DNA from: an uncultured delta proteobacterium
GTDB taxonomy: Bacteria; Myxococcota_A; Polyangia; Polyangiales; Polyangiaceae
Assembly (NCBI GenBank): GCA_963841435.1
Contig: CAWJCS010000002.1
Coordinates: 576,001-640,000 of the forward strand
DNA: 64,000 nucleotides
Direction of reading: 5' to 3'
In this document: positions 1 to 10,379 of the stretch, in pieces
Position numbering within the stretch: the first letter of the stretch is position 1
How the letters are laid out: each line of letters starts with the position of its first letter
Made by a program: the position numbers and the translations under genes
The notes under the pieces: model-generated
What the model saw: only the letters and a program-made list of their open reading frames with translations
The model's database searches: none
Told to the model about the DNA's origin: nothing

Positions 1-82
1 CCGCGAGCGTACTGCCGTTCCTGCTCGCGCGCGCGGTCATGGTAGAAGGGAGGCTCCCGAGGCCTTAGGTGAAGCACGCCCC

Positions 83-1559
<1,477 letters not shown>

Positions 1560-1611
1560 AGGCGGCCGCAAGGCCCTCGCGAGACCGACGGGATCACGCG
1601 AGCACTGGGCT

Positions 1612-1830
1612 CTAGCCGGAACGCGGGTAGTACGGCGAAAATCCGCGAGATCTGCGGACCGAAGGTCCGCCGAAAAGATCCGACAGTCTTTGGAAGAACA
1701 GATCACGATCGGCACGAGCGGCAACGACACGAACAAAAGAACCGGCGGAACGGGCGCCGAATGTTGCGGGTCGGCCGGGATCGCCCAGCGGATCGATCGC
1801 GATCCGTGCAAAGGAGCTCGCGGAAGGCAT
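1612..1830 (-). CDS. Possible 72-aa hypothetical protein
   Basis: ATG preceded by GGGAGG; fills the gap downstream of the kinase gene; no recognisable motif. Confidence 0.25.
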   Translation of the reverse strand: MPSASSFARIAIDPLGDPGRPATFGARSAGSFVRVVAARADRDLFFQRLSDLFGGPSVRRSRGFSPYYPRSG

Positions 1831-1878
1831 CGACCTCCCAGTTTCGGACGTCGCTGACGAGCAACCCGCTCAGCCCGT

Positions 1879-3921
1879 CTATTGCGTCCCGTATTCGATC
1901 CAGCCCAGCAACTTGGCCGTGGCGACCGCGGCGGCGGCTTCGCGGATGCTGACAGGAGAGCCCTCGGGTGGGTCCGTCAGTGCCTTGAGAAGCCCCGAGA
2001 GGTCGAGGCGGCGATCCGCACGCCCGAGCACGGCCACGAGCGACGCGGGCGCTCGGCCGATTTCCTTCGAATCCTGGGTCTCCCCGAAGCGCCGACCCGG
2101 GACGACGCGCGTCGATTCCGGCGGCAGCGCGCGCAGTGGGTTGCCCTCGTGCGCGAGGATGACCCCCGCCATCATCGTGCTCGCGAGGTCGAGGTCGAGG
2201 GGGAACTCGACGCGGCCCGGCCCCGTGCCCCGGTAAAACGAGGCGATGCCCTCCTTCCACGTGCACAGGGCCGCCACGCGGTCTCGCCCCTGATCGCGAA
2301 TGGCGCGAAACACGTCGACCGCGTTGACCAGGCCGAGGGCGATCAGCGTGTCCCCGAGCCGCCCGTCGAACCGACCGAGCTGCGACAACGCCCGATCGAG
2401 CTTCTCGCGCGGGAGACTGCCACGGCGCACCAGGTACTCGCCGAGCAGCTCGTTCTTCTCGGAGCTCACCACGTGATGGAGCTTGCCCTGCTCGAGGTAC
2501 ATCTCCTTGCGCGTGCTGCGCCCGCTGCCCGAACGCACGATGAAAAGCGCGCCCGTTTCGCTGCGCGACCTGAGGAGCGCGAGCGCTTCGAGCATGGACT
2601 GATCCGAGAGTATGAACTGGTAGTCGGGAGCCCCGGGGCCAGCCACGCGCCCCGTCACGGCGGTCGTGGAGGGGAGCACGTGCCGGGCGAGCTCGTCGAC
2701 GTCGGCGATCTTCCTGAAGTCGCCCCCGAGCAGCGACACCTCGTCGTACCCGTGCAGCTCGCCCGTCGCGATGAGCTCGATCAAGCGCGCGAACGTGAGC
2801 CCATCGATGACTTCACCGTTGGCGCGCCGCACCTTTGGCGCCTCGTTGACCCCTGGCGACGCGGGCGGAGGCGTGTGCTTGGCCATGCCCCTGAGCTCGG
2901 GCACGCTGCTCGAAGCGCGCACGGCCTGCAGGTTCTGCGACGACGTGCGGATCTTGTGCTCGAGCTTCTTCGCGAGCTCTTTCTGGTCCTGCGCCCAATG
3001 CACCCACTCCGCGAGCTCCTTGATCAGCTGTTCCCTGGGCTTGTCCTGCAGCGGCTCGAGTGCCGCGCGAAACGCGGCCGCCGACTGGAACCGATCGTTC
3101 GGGTCGCAGGCGAGACCTCGCTCGCAAAGCTCGAACAGCCCGTTGGGCAGGCGCGTCGCCTCGCGCCGCAAGGGCTCGATGTTGCCGTCGCGAATGGCGA
3201 GCAGCACGGCGAGCTGCCCCCCACCCGGGAAAACCCGCTCGCCGATCGCGAGCTCGCCGAGGATCGCCGCGAGCGCGAACAGGTCGGCGCGGTGATCGAA
3301 TGGATCGCCCGACACCTGCTCCGGAGCGAGGTAGCCGAACTTGCCTTTGAGGCCTCCGAGCGACGAACGCGCCTCCTCCTCGATGCGCGCGATGCCGAAG
3401 TCGCCGAGCTTTACGTCCCCCTTGACCGACAGGTACACGTTCGACGGCGTCACGTCGCGGTGCACGAGATGGAGCAACCTGCCGTCGTCGCTCTTGGCGG
3501 CATGCACCGCCTCGAGGGCGTGCGCAACTTGAGCCGCGATGAAGATGCCGAGCTCGACGGGCAGCGACCGCGAGTCGGCGTCGAGGCGGCGCAGCATGCG
3601 GTAGAGGTCGAGCCCCTCGACGTACTCCATGGCGAGGTACGGCTCGCCACGCACCAGCCCCGCGCCGTACACCGCCACGACGTTGGGATGCCGCACCTTG
3701 CGGTGCAGCTCGGCCTCGCGCTCGAGTAGCTCGTAGCGGGAGGCTTCGCCGCTCGAGGGCAGCAGGCGCTTGACCACGAGGTGCGGCGCCGGCGCAATCC
3801 CGACTTTGGGGTGAGCCAGGAACACCTCCGCCGTTCCCCCCACCGCCAGGCGTCTTTCGAGCACGAACGGCCCGAACGCGGTGGGCCCCTTAAGCCTCGG
3901 CTCGCGTGGGTCGAGTGCCAC
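1879..3921 (-). CDS. Ser/Thr protein kinase with GYF-like region and DUF4388/MshEN-like C-terminus
   Basis: GGTAEVF, VVKR, HRDVTPSN, DFG and APE motifs. Tandem LLGEYLVRRGSL and RLGDTLIALGLV motifs. Start chosen at GTG 3921 (the ORF extends to 4098). Confidence 0.9.
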   Translation of the reverse strand: MALDPREPRLKGPTAFGPFVLERRLAVGGTAEVFLAHPKVGIAPAPHLVVKRLLPSSGEASRYELLEREAELHRKVRHPNVVAVYGAGLVRGEPYLAMEYVEGLDLYRMLRRLDADSRSLPVELGIFIAAQVAHALEAVHAAKSDDGRLLHLVHRDVTPSNVYLSVKGDVKLGDFGIARIEEEARSSLGGLKGKFGYLAPEQVSGDPFDHRADLFALAAILGELAIGERVFPGGGQLAVLLAIRDGNIEPLRREATRLPNGLFELCERGLACDPNDRFQSAAAFRAALEPLQDKPREQLIKELAEWVHWAQDQKELAKKLEHKIRTSSQNLQAVRASSSVPELRGMAKHTPPPASPGVNEAPKVRRANGEVIDGLTFARLIELIATGELHGYDEVSLLGGDFRKIADVDELARHVLPSTTAVTGRVAGPGAPDYQFILSDQSMLEALALLRSRSETGALFIVRSGSGRSTRKEMYLEQGKLHHVVSSEKNELLGEYLVRRGSLPREKLDRALSQLGRFDGRLGDTLIALGLVNAVDVFRAIRDQGRDRVAALCTWKEGIASFYRGTGPGRVEFPLDLDLASTMMAGVILAHEGNPLRALPPESTRVVPGRRFGETQDSKEIGRAPASLVAVLGRADRRLDLSGLLKALTDPPEGSPVSIREAAAAVATAKLLGWIEYGTQ

Positions 3922-4009
3922 GTCTCGATTATGTGCCGACTCGCGGCACGGGTTCAATGTCGGCCTCATAAACCCGCCTTTCGTGCGGCCCGTGCTATGC
4001 GTGGCCGCG

Positions 4010-5620
4010 ATGCGACGGCGCTCGCTCCCCGCCTTCATCCTTTCTCTCGGGGCAATCCTCTTGGCGATCGGCGGGGGTTGTCGGTGCACGCGCAGCACGC
4101 CGCCAGCGGCCTCGGCCGGGGCGGCGCCGTCGGTGCGCTTCTATCTCGTGTCGTCCCTCGCTGGGGCGCTCGAGCCGTGCGGCTGCGTGAAGGACATGCT
4201 GGGTGGTGTCGATCACTTCGCCGCTCTGCTCCAGAACGACGCCGCCGCCGCGCCGCGGCGCCTCGTGCTCGGCGCCGGCCCGACGCTCTTCATGGGGCCC
4301 GAGCTCGACCCGAAGCGGCGCGAGCAGGACCTCGTGAAGGCGCGCGCGCTTGCCGACGTGCTCGCTGCGGTCGGCCTCGTGGGCTGGTCGCCTGCGGCCA
4401 ACGACTGGGCGGGCGGCTCGGCGCTGCTCGCCGAGCTCGCGGGCGATCGCCTCGCCCTGTTCGCGGCGAATCTTCCGGCCCCCGCCTTTGCCTCGGCGAG
4501 GGTTTATGACCTCGGCGGCGAGCGCGTGGGTGTCACCGGCGTCTCGCGGCCCACGTTCTCCGCCGGCGCTGCGCCCGCCGTGGCGCCGGGCGATCCGCGT
4601 GCCGCGCTCGAGAGCGCGCGTGACGAGCTCGTGCGGCAGGGAGCGAAGCTGCTCGTGGCGCTCGTGTCGCTGCCGCGCGGCGAAGCGCTCCGCCTCGCGG
4701 AGGTCGTGCCCGGGTTCTCGCTGTTCGTGCTCGGCAAGCCCGTCGAGCGCGGCGAGCAGAACGACCCCCCGACGCCGCCCGTGAGAATCGGCAATACGCT
4801 GGTCGTCGAGGGGCAAAATCATCTCCAGTCCGTGGCGGTCGTCGATTTCTTCGTGCGCGACGGCAAGTACACGTTCGTCGACGGCTCGGGCATCGCCGAG
4901 GAGGAGCGTCGCCTCAGCGTGAAAGGGCGCATCGACGAGCTCGAGCGCGCGATCGCGCGTCCGGGCGTGGCGGCGGCCGACCGTGAGGCGCGCCGCCGCG
5001 ATCTCCAAAGCCTGCGCGCCGAGCTCGAGCGCCTCCAAAAGCCGCGCCCCGAGCCGAGCGAGAGCTCGTTTTCGTACCGCCTGGTCGAGGTGCGCGAGGG
5101 GCTCGGTTCGGCGGCCGCCGCGAAGGACCGGCTCGCCGCGTACTATCGCGCCGTGAACGAGCACAACCAGCGCGCGTTCGCCGGCGCCATGCCGCCGCCG
5201 GTGCCGGAGGGAAACAGCGGATACGTCGGCGTCGCCGCCTGCACGAGCTGCCACCAGAGCGAGCGCGCGTTCTGGGACAAGACGCCCCACCAAGGCGCGT
5301 ACGCGACGCTCGCCCGCCAAGACAAACAGTTCAATCTCGAGTGCGTCGGCTGTCACGTGACGGGCTACGAGGAGCCCGGCGGCACGACGGTGACGCACGT
5401 CGAGAATCTCACGGCCGTGCAGTGCGAGGTGTGCCACGGGCCCGGCTCGCGCCACGTAAAAAGCCCCATAGACAAGACGCTCATCGATATTCCGGATCAG
5501 TCGTTCTGCGGGCCCAAGTGCCATCACCCACCGCACGTGCACCCGGGCTGGAGCGCGGCGGACGCGTGGTCGAGCATCGTCGGCCCCGGGCACCAGCTGA
5601 CCGCGCCGCCGGCGCGCTGA
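4010..5620 (+). CDS. Exported UshA/5'-nucleotidase-like protein fused to a multiheme cytochrome c (c554-like) domain
   Basis: Signal peptide with GGGC; GALEPCGC..MLGG motif; heme motifs CTSCH, CVGCH, CEVCH and an atypical CGPKCH. Confidence 0.8.
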   Translation: MRRRSLPAFILSLGAILLAIGGGCRCTRSTPPAASAGAAPSVRFYLVSSLAGALEPCGCVKDMLGGVDHFAALLQNDAAAAPRRLVLGAGPTLFMGPELDPKRREQDLVKARALADVLAAVGLVGWSPAANDWAGGSALLAELAGDRLALFAANLPAPAFASARVYDLGGERVGVTGVSRPTFSAGAAPAVAPGDPRAALESARDELVRQGAKLLVALVSLPRGEALRLAEVVPGFSLFVLGKPVERGEQNDPPTPPVRIGNTLVVEGQNHLQSVAVVDFFVRDGKYTFVDGSGIAEEERRLSVKGRIDELERAIARPGVAAADREARRRDLQSLRAELERLQKPRPEPSESSFSYRLVEVREGLGSAAAAKDRLAAYYRAVNEHNQRAFAGAMPPPVPEGNSGYVGVAACTSCHQSERAFWDKTPHQGAYATLARQDKQFNLECVGCHVTGYEEPGGTTVTHVENLTAVQCEVCHGPGSRHVKSPIDKTLIDIPDQSFCGPKCHHPPHVHPGWSAADAWSSIVGPGHQLTAPPAR

Positions 5621-5647
5621 GCGCGCCGCTCGCCGTTTCGGGCTCGC

Positions 5648-7048
5648 TCACGCCGAAGCGAGGGCGATGAGGCACTGATACGCGGCGTACTTGTAGCTGT
5701 CGGCGAGCGTCGGGTAGTTGAACACCATGTCGATGAACACGTCGACCGTGCCACCGAGCGTGATGGCGACCTGCCCGATGTGCACGAGCTCGCTCGCGCG
5801 CTCGCCGATCACGTGCACGCCGAGGAGCTTGCGTGTTCCCTTTTCGACGACGAGCTTCGTCACTCCCTCGACGTCGCCCGTGATCTTGCCGCGCGGGTTG
5901 TCCGCGTAGAGCGCGCGGCCCGCGACGTAGCCGATGCCCTTCTCCTTGCAGGACTCCTCGGTCTCGCCAAAGCTCGAAACCTCGGGGATCGTGTAGATGC
6001 CGTAGGGCATCTGCGGCGCGACCTCTTGCTTGTAGGTGAAGCCGAAGGCCTGACAGACGGCGACGCGCCCTTGCTCCATCGAGACCGAGGCGAGCGCAGG
6101 GAAGCCCACGATGTCCCCCGCGGCGAGCACGCTCGGCACCTTGGTGCGAAATTGCGCGTCGACAGGCACGTAGCCGCGCGAATCGGCTTCGACCCCGGCG
6201 CGGGCGAGGTCGAGGTCCGCCGAGCGCCCCGTCCTTCCCGCCGCGAACAAGAGCTGCTGGGCCACGAGCTTGGACCCGTCGGAAAGCGTCGCCTCGATGC
6301 CGGCGGGCGTCCGCTTCACCCCGTTCCAGCGCTTGTTTTGCACGAGCTCGATGCCGAGCTTCTGCATGGCGTTCTTCAGCCGGCCCACGATCTCGAGATC
6401 CAGGAACGGCAAGATTTCGCTGCGCGCGTCTACCAGCGTCACCTTCGAGCCGAGCGCGGCGAACATGCAGGCGTACTCGCAGCCGATGACGCCGCCGCCG
6501 AGCACGATGAGCGAGGTCGGGAGCTCGTCGATGGTGAGGATCTCGTCGCTGTCGTGGATGTGCTCGTCGTCGAAATCGATGTCGGCGGGCCGATGGGGTC
6601 GCGACCCGGTGGCGATCAGCACGTACTCGCCGCGATGGCGCTTCTCTCCGGAGTCACTTTTGACGATGACCGTGTGGGCGTCCTCGAAACGGCCGCGCCC
6701 CCGCACGTAGGTGACGCCGTGGCGTTCGAGGTTGTTCCGCATCGACTGCGATTCGGCGACGGCGATGGCGACCTTGCGCGACATCAGGTGCTGCAGCGTC
6801 GCTGCACGGTCGAGCTCGACCGCGACGCCGTAGAGCGCCCGCGCGCGGTGACCCGAGAGGTAGAGCGCCGTCTCGCGCAGCGTCTTGCTCGGCAGGGTGC
6901 CGGTGTGTACGGCGGCGCCCCCGGGATCCGGCTCGCACTCGACGATCAGCACCTTCTTTTGGAAATAGGCCGCTTGCGCCGCGGCCTTCTCCCCGGCCGG
7001 GCCGGCGCCGATGATGATGAGATCGAAGTCGTACGCGGGCTCGGCCAT
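5648..7048 (-). CDS. sthA: Soluble pyridine nucleotide transhydrogenase
   Basis: GAGPAG FAD motif; GGAAVHTGTLPSKTLRE (no redox CxxxxC); GGGVIG; C-terminal FNYPTLADSYKYAA. Confidence 0.93.
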   Translation of the reverse strand: MAEPAYDFDLIIIGAGPAGEKAAAQAAYFQKKVLIVECEPDPGGAAVHTGTLPSKTLRETALYLSGHRARALYGVAVELDRAATLQHLMSRKVAIAVAESQSMRNNLERHGVTYVRGRGRFEDAHTVIVKSDSGEKRHRGEYVLIATGSRPHRPADIDFDDEHIHDSDEILTIDELPTSLIVLGGGVIGCEYACMFAALGSKVTLVDARSEILPFLDLEIVGRLKNAMQKLGIELVQNKRWNGVKRTPAGIEATLSDGSKLVAQQLLFAAGRTGRSADLDLARAGVEADSRGYVPVDAQFRTKVPSVLAAGDIVGFPALASVSMEQGRVAVCQAFGFTYKQEVAPQMPYGIYTIPEVSSFGETEESCKEKGIGYVAGRALYADNPRGKITGDVEGVTKLVVEKGTRKLLGVHVIGERASELVHIGQVAITLGGTVDVFIDMVFNYPTLADSYKYAAYQCLIALASA

Positions 7049-7137
7049 GACCTCCGAGGTTATCCGGTTCGCTCGTGAGGGTCGAGGGCCCGACCCAAGC
7101 TTCGGGCTCTCGCGAGGTCGAACGCCTGGAGGTCAAC

Positions 7138-7443
7138 ATGTCGCTTTTTGCCCGCACGGTGCTCGCGGCGGCCACGGCCGTCCTCTTCCTTTCGACGAAG
7201 GCTTTCGCCCAGACCGAACAGCGAGGCACCTCGAGCGTGCGTGCGTCGGCCACGGGCGCCCGCGTGAGCGGCGTCGACGCGGAGCGCTATCGCATCGAGT
7301 TCGACGACAATCCGCTCGCAGCGCTGCCAAAGGACGGCACCGTGCCGAGCATCCGCGTGCGCCCCGTTCACTCGTCGGGCTATCTGCTTCGCCCGCGCAC
7401 GCACTTCGTATCGGAGATGCTGAAAAGCGTCGAGCGACTCTAG
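7138..7443 (+). CDS. Small secreted CglF/GltF-like protein
   Basis: GGAGG RBS; signal peptide ending AFA-Q; FDDNPL...IRVRP...LLRPRTHFVSEMLKSVERL resembles the myxobacterial CglF-type C-terminus. Confidence 0.65.
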   Translation: MSLFARTVLAAATAVLFLSTKAFAQTEQRGTSSVRASATGARVSGVDAERYRIEFDDNPLAALPKDGTVPSIRVRPVHSSGYLLRPRTHFVSEMLKSVERL

Positions 7444-7519
7444 TTCGGCCTCTAAGATTGGTGGGCGACCAGCGTGGCGCGGTGAGGGCGCCTCGGTACC
7501 GCGTCGTTCCACCCGCGCG

Positions 7520-7864
7520 TCAACTGCCGATCGTGCCGGGGCAACATTCGCGGGGCGGTCGGTCGCTGCAAGAGCCTGCGCCGCGCAGCGTCCAGATGCG
7601 CCGCACACAGCGGCCCGGCCCCGCCAGCGTCATGCCGAGCTCCCCGCTTTTTTGCTCGGTGTCGAGCGCCTCGCCCTCGCAGTGATCGCGCGAAAAGCAT
7701 TCGCGACACTCGCACAGTCGAGCCTCGGTGATGCTCCGACCGGGGCGATAGGCGGGGGGAGCCGGCCCGGCGGGCGGCGGCGAGGGCGCGGTGCTCAGGC
7801 AAGCGATGCAGAGCGGGGCGAGCCAGAAGAGCGTTCGCGCCGGCGAGCGAGTCGGGCCGTGCAC
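7520..7864 (-). CDS. Small Cys-rich putative lipoprotein
   Basis: Hydrophobic N-terminus ending CIAC, a Pro-rich linker, then 8 further Cys (CECREC...ECC). Confidence 0.5.
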   Translation of the reverse strand: MHGPTRSPARTLFWLAPLCIACLSTAPSPPPAGPAPPAYRPGRSITEARLCECRECFSRDHCEGEALDTEQKSGELGMTLAGPGRCVRRIWTLRGAGSCSDRPPRECCPGTIGS

Positions 7865-7997
7865 GCTGCTTCGACCGCCTCCGCTTGCGCGGCATTGGGT
7901 CGTGAAGCGAGAGGTCGGTCGCGTCTTCTGCTAAGCATGAGCGCGGAGGCCGCCGATCCGTCTCGCTCGACTCCTTTCCGTCGGCGCCCTGTGGTTT

Positions 7998-8921
7998 TTG
8001 ACCGCGTGGAACGGCGTTGCCCACGCCTCCGCCGGGCCGCCGCCGCTCGACGAATACCGCGCTCCTCCGAGCTGCCCGGGCGCCGCGTCGTTCTCGGCGC
8101 AGGTTGCGGCGCGCACGCCGAAGTTCCGCGCCGAACCGGCGCGATTTCACGTCGCCGTCGAAATCGTGGAGCTCGAGGACGCTCTCGTCGGCCGGGTGCG
8201 TCTGTCACGAGAGGGCCACGAGAGCGTCCGCGAGCTCGGAGCTCGTCGCTGCGACGAGCTCGTTCGGGCGCTCGCGCTGATCGTCGCCATCCTCGTCGAT
8301 CCCAACGCTGACACGCGACCGCTGCCCGTCGCCGCCGCGGCGCCCCCCGCGCCCGCGCCGCCCCCGGCGCGACCGCCTCCCGCCGAGCTCGTCCGGTCGC
8401 CCGTGCTCGGCGCTGGGACGGGCGCCGTCGCCGACACCGGCATCCTGTCGAATCTCGCCTTCGGTCCCCGCGCTTTCGTCGAGCTCGTGTTCCCTCGTGA
8501 CAAAGCGCTGCCGAGCTCGCTGAGGCTCACCGTTTTGCGCGAGTGGAGCGGCAGGGTCGATGGGGGCGGGGGAGCATCGGTGACCGCCGACCTCACGACG
8601 GCGCGCTTCGACTTCTGCTGGAGCCGCCTGAGGCTAGGGAGCGTTGCGCTTTCGCCCTGCACGAGCGTCGAAGCGGGGGCCCTGCACGTCGAGGGGACGC
8701 ATCCCGTGCGCAACGGCGAGCACACGCTCTCCTGGGTCGCCCTTGGCGCCGAGGCGCGCGGGACGTATTCGTACCTCGGGGTCGCCTTCGTCGAAGCCGA
8801 GGTCGGGGCGACGCTGCCGCTCTCGCGCTACCGGTTCCGGTTCGAGGGGGAGCCCGCCCTCTACGTCACGTCGGTTCTGGGGGTTCACCTGGGGCTCGGC
8901 CTGGGGGTGCGTTTTCCCTGA
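7998..8921 (+). CDS. Exported protein: N-terminal alpha/beta domain, Pro linker and probable outer-membrane beta-barrel
   Basis: AHA signal-cleavage-like site; Cys pair; PPAPAPP linker; amphipathic strands ending GLGLGVRFP. Start uncertain. Confidence 0.7.
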   Translation: MTAWNGVAHASAGPPPLDEYRAPPSCPGAASFSAQVAARTPKFRAEPARFHVAVEIVELEDALVGRVRLSREGHESVRELGARRCDELVRALALIVAILVDPNADTRPLPVAAAAPPAPAPPPARPPPAELVRSPVLGAGTGAVADTGILSNLAFGPRAFVELVFPRDKALPSSLRLTVLREWSGRVDGGGGASVTADLTTARFDFCWSRLRLGSVALSPCTSVEAGALHVEGTHPVRNGEHTLSWVALGAEARGTYSYLGVAFVEAEVGATLPLSRYRFRFEGEPALYVTSVLGVHLGLGLGVRFP

Positions 8922-8949
8922 TCAGTCCGGACCCGCCGGCACATTGTTC
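8919..8949 (+). promoter_or_regulatory. Putative ECF sigma promoter, copy 1 (TGATCA-N17-CATTGTTC)
   Basis: Same two elements and same spacing as 10329-10359; ends 6 nt before the sigma factor ATG. Confidence 0.7.
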
Positions 8950-8955
8950 AGCAAA

Positions 8956-9540
8956 ATGCCTGCGCCGAGCCTCGCCGCCCTTGCGCTCGGGGCGCCAACG
9001 GTGCCCGTGGCGCGCGCTCTGCGTCTCGAGGCGCTGGCGACGGACAATTACGCCTTCATTTGGCGGTCGCTGCGCCGGCTCGGCGTCCCACCACCCGCCG
9101 TCGATGACGCGGCGCAGCAGGTCTTCGAGGTGGCCGCCCGGCGGCTCGATGCGATCGAGCTCGGGCGCGAGCGCGCCTTCGTGTTCAAGACGGCGTTGCT
9201 CGTCGCGACCGAGGCGCGGCGGGGCTCGGCCAGGCAGCGGGCACTCCATCCCGACGAGCCCATCGAGCTGCTGGCCGATCCGGCGCCGAGCCCGGAGGAC
9301 GCGAGCGACTGGTCAGGGAAGCGCGCGCTGCTCGACGCGATCCTTTTGGCGATGCCGCTCGAGCTTCGCACCGTGTTCGTGCTGTTCGAGCTCGAGGAGC
9401 TCACGATGGCGTCGATTGCCGAGCTGCTCGAGCTGCCGCCGGGCACGGTCGCGTCGCGGCTCAGGCGCGCGCGAGAAGCGTTTCACCAGGCGGCCAAGCG
9501 CGCACGGGCGCGCGTTGCCCGCCGAGGAGGGCCACGATGA
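8956..9540 (+). CDS. ECF-family RNA polymerase sigma-70 factor
   Basis: Region 2 (FIWRSLRRLGV...DDAAQQVF) and region 4 (VFVLFELEELTMASIAELLELPPGTVASRLRRAR). Confidence 0.92.
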   Translation: MPAPSLAALALGAPTVPVARALRLEALATDNYAFIWRSLRRLGVPPPAVDDAAQQVFEVAARRLDAIELGRERAFVFKTALLVATEARRGSARQRALHPDEPIELLADPAPSPEDASDWSGKRALLDAILLAMPLELRTVFVLFELEELTMASIAELLELPPGTVASRLRRAREAFHQAAKRARARVARRGGPR

Positions 9541-10331
9541 ACGAGCCGAGGCGCCTGAGCGAGCTCCGTACGGACGAGTTCGAGTGTGATTTGATCCTTT
9601 CCGCGCGTCGTGACGAGCCGAGCCCGCTGGCGATGCGCCGCGCGCTCGCGAGCCTCGGGATCGGGATCAGCGTCCCGTTCGGGGCCGCGGCGGCGCAGGG
9701 GGCCGTGGCGCCGGCCAAGGCGGGGGCCGCCGTGCTTTCGAAATGGCTCGTGACGGGCGTCGCGCTCGGCGTTGCGACGGCGGGCGGCGCGCACGTGGCC
9801 CAGCGCGCGTTCGACCCGCGTGCCGCGAGCCTTTCGGTCGCGGCAACGGCCGCTCCGCGCGCCCCCGCGGCTCGCGTCGAAAAGCGCGAGCCGCCGAGCC
9901 CCGCCGAAGCGCCGCCGCTCGAACGCGAAGCCACGCCGCCGGCGCCCCCGGCCATGCTGCACGTGGGGGCGCTACGCGGCGCGCCGGCGCCCCTGCCCGC
10001 TGTGACGGCGCCCCCGCCGTCGAGCGAGGTGATGCCCCGAGCGGCACCGGAGGCGGGCGACTCGCTCGCGCGCGAGGTCGCGGCGGTGGACGCCGCGCGC
10101 CAGGCGCTCTCGCGCGGCGCGCCCGTCGAGGCCGTGAAGCGGCTCGAAGCCTACGAGCGTGAGTTTACTGCCGGCGCGTTGCTCCCCGAAGCTCGCGTGC
10201 TCGAAGTGCACGCGCTGCTCGCCGCCGGGCAGCGCGCGCGGGCCGAGGCGCTCGCCGAGCGCATCATCGCAGCCGATCCGAAAAGCTCCCACGCCGAGGT
10301 GGTGCGCGGGTTGCTCTCGCACAATCGGTGA
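9537..10331 (+). CDS. Putative single-pass anti-sigma factor with Pro linker and C-terminal TPR-like domain
   Basis: ATGA overlap with the sigma gene; TM segment KWLVTGVALGVATAGG; SLAREVAAVDAARQAL...YEREF..G.LLPEA helical repeat. Confidence 0.75.
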   Translation: MNEPRRLSELRTDEFECDLILSARRDEPSPLAMRRALASLGIGISVPFGAAAAQGAVAPAKAGAAVLSKWLVTGVALGVATAGGAHVAQRAFDPRAASLSVAATAAPRAPAARVEKREPPSPAEAPPLEREATPPAPPAMLHVGALRGAPAPLPAVTAPPPSSEVMPRAAPEAGDSLAREVAAVDAARQALSRGAPVEAVKRLEAYEREFTAGALLPEARVLEVHALLAAGQRARAEALAERIIAADPKSSHAEVVRGLLSHNR

Positions 10332-10359
10332 TCAACCCGCGCGCGTCCCGTCATTGTTC
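10329..10359 (+). promoter_or_regulatory. Putative ECF sigma promoter, copy 2 (TGATCA-N17-CATTGTTC)
   Basis: Exact repeat of the bipartite motif at 8919-8949; followed by AAGGAGG RBS and ATG 10380. Confidence 0.7.
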
Positions 10360-10379
10360 TCGCAAGGAGGCAACGATAC

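Noticed and set aside
4170-4190. Selenocysteine recoding in the UshA-like CGC motif
   Set aside because: Both Cys codons are TGC; there is no in-frame TGA.
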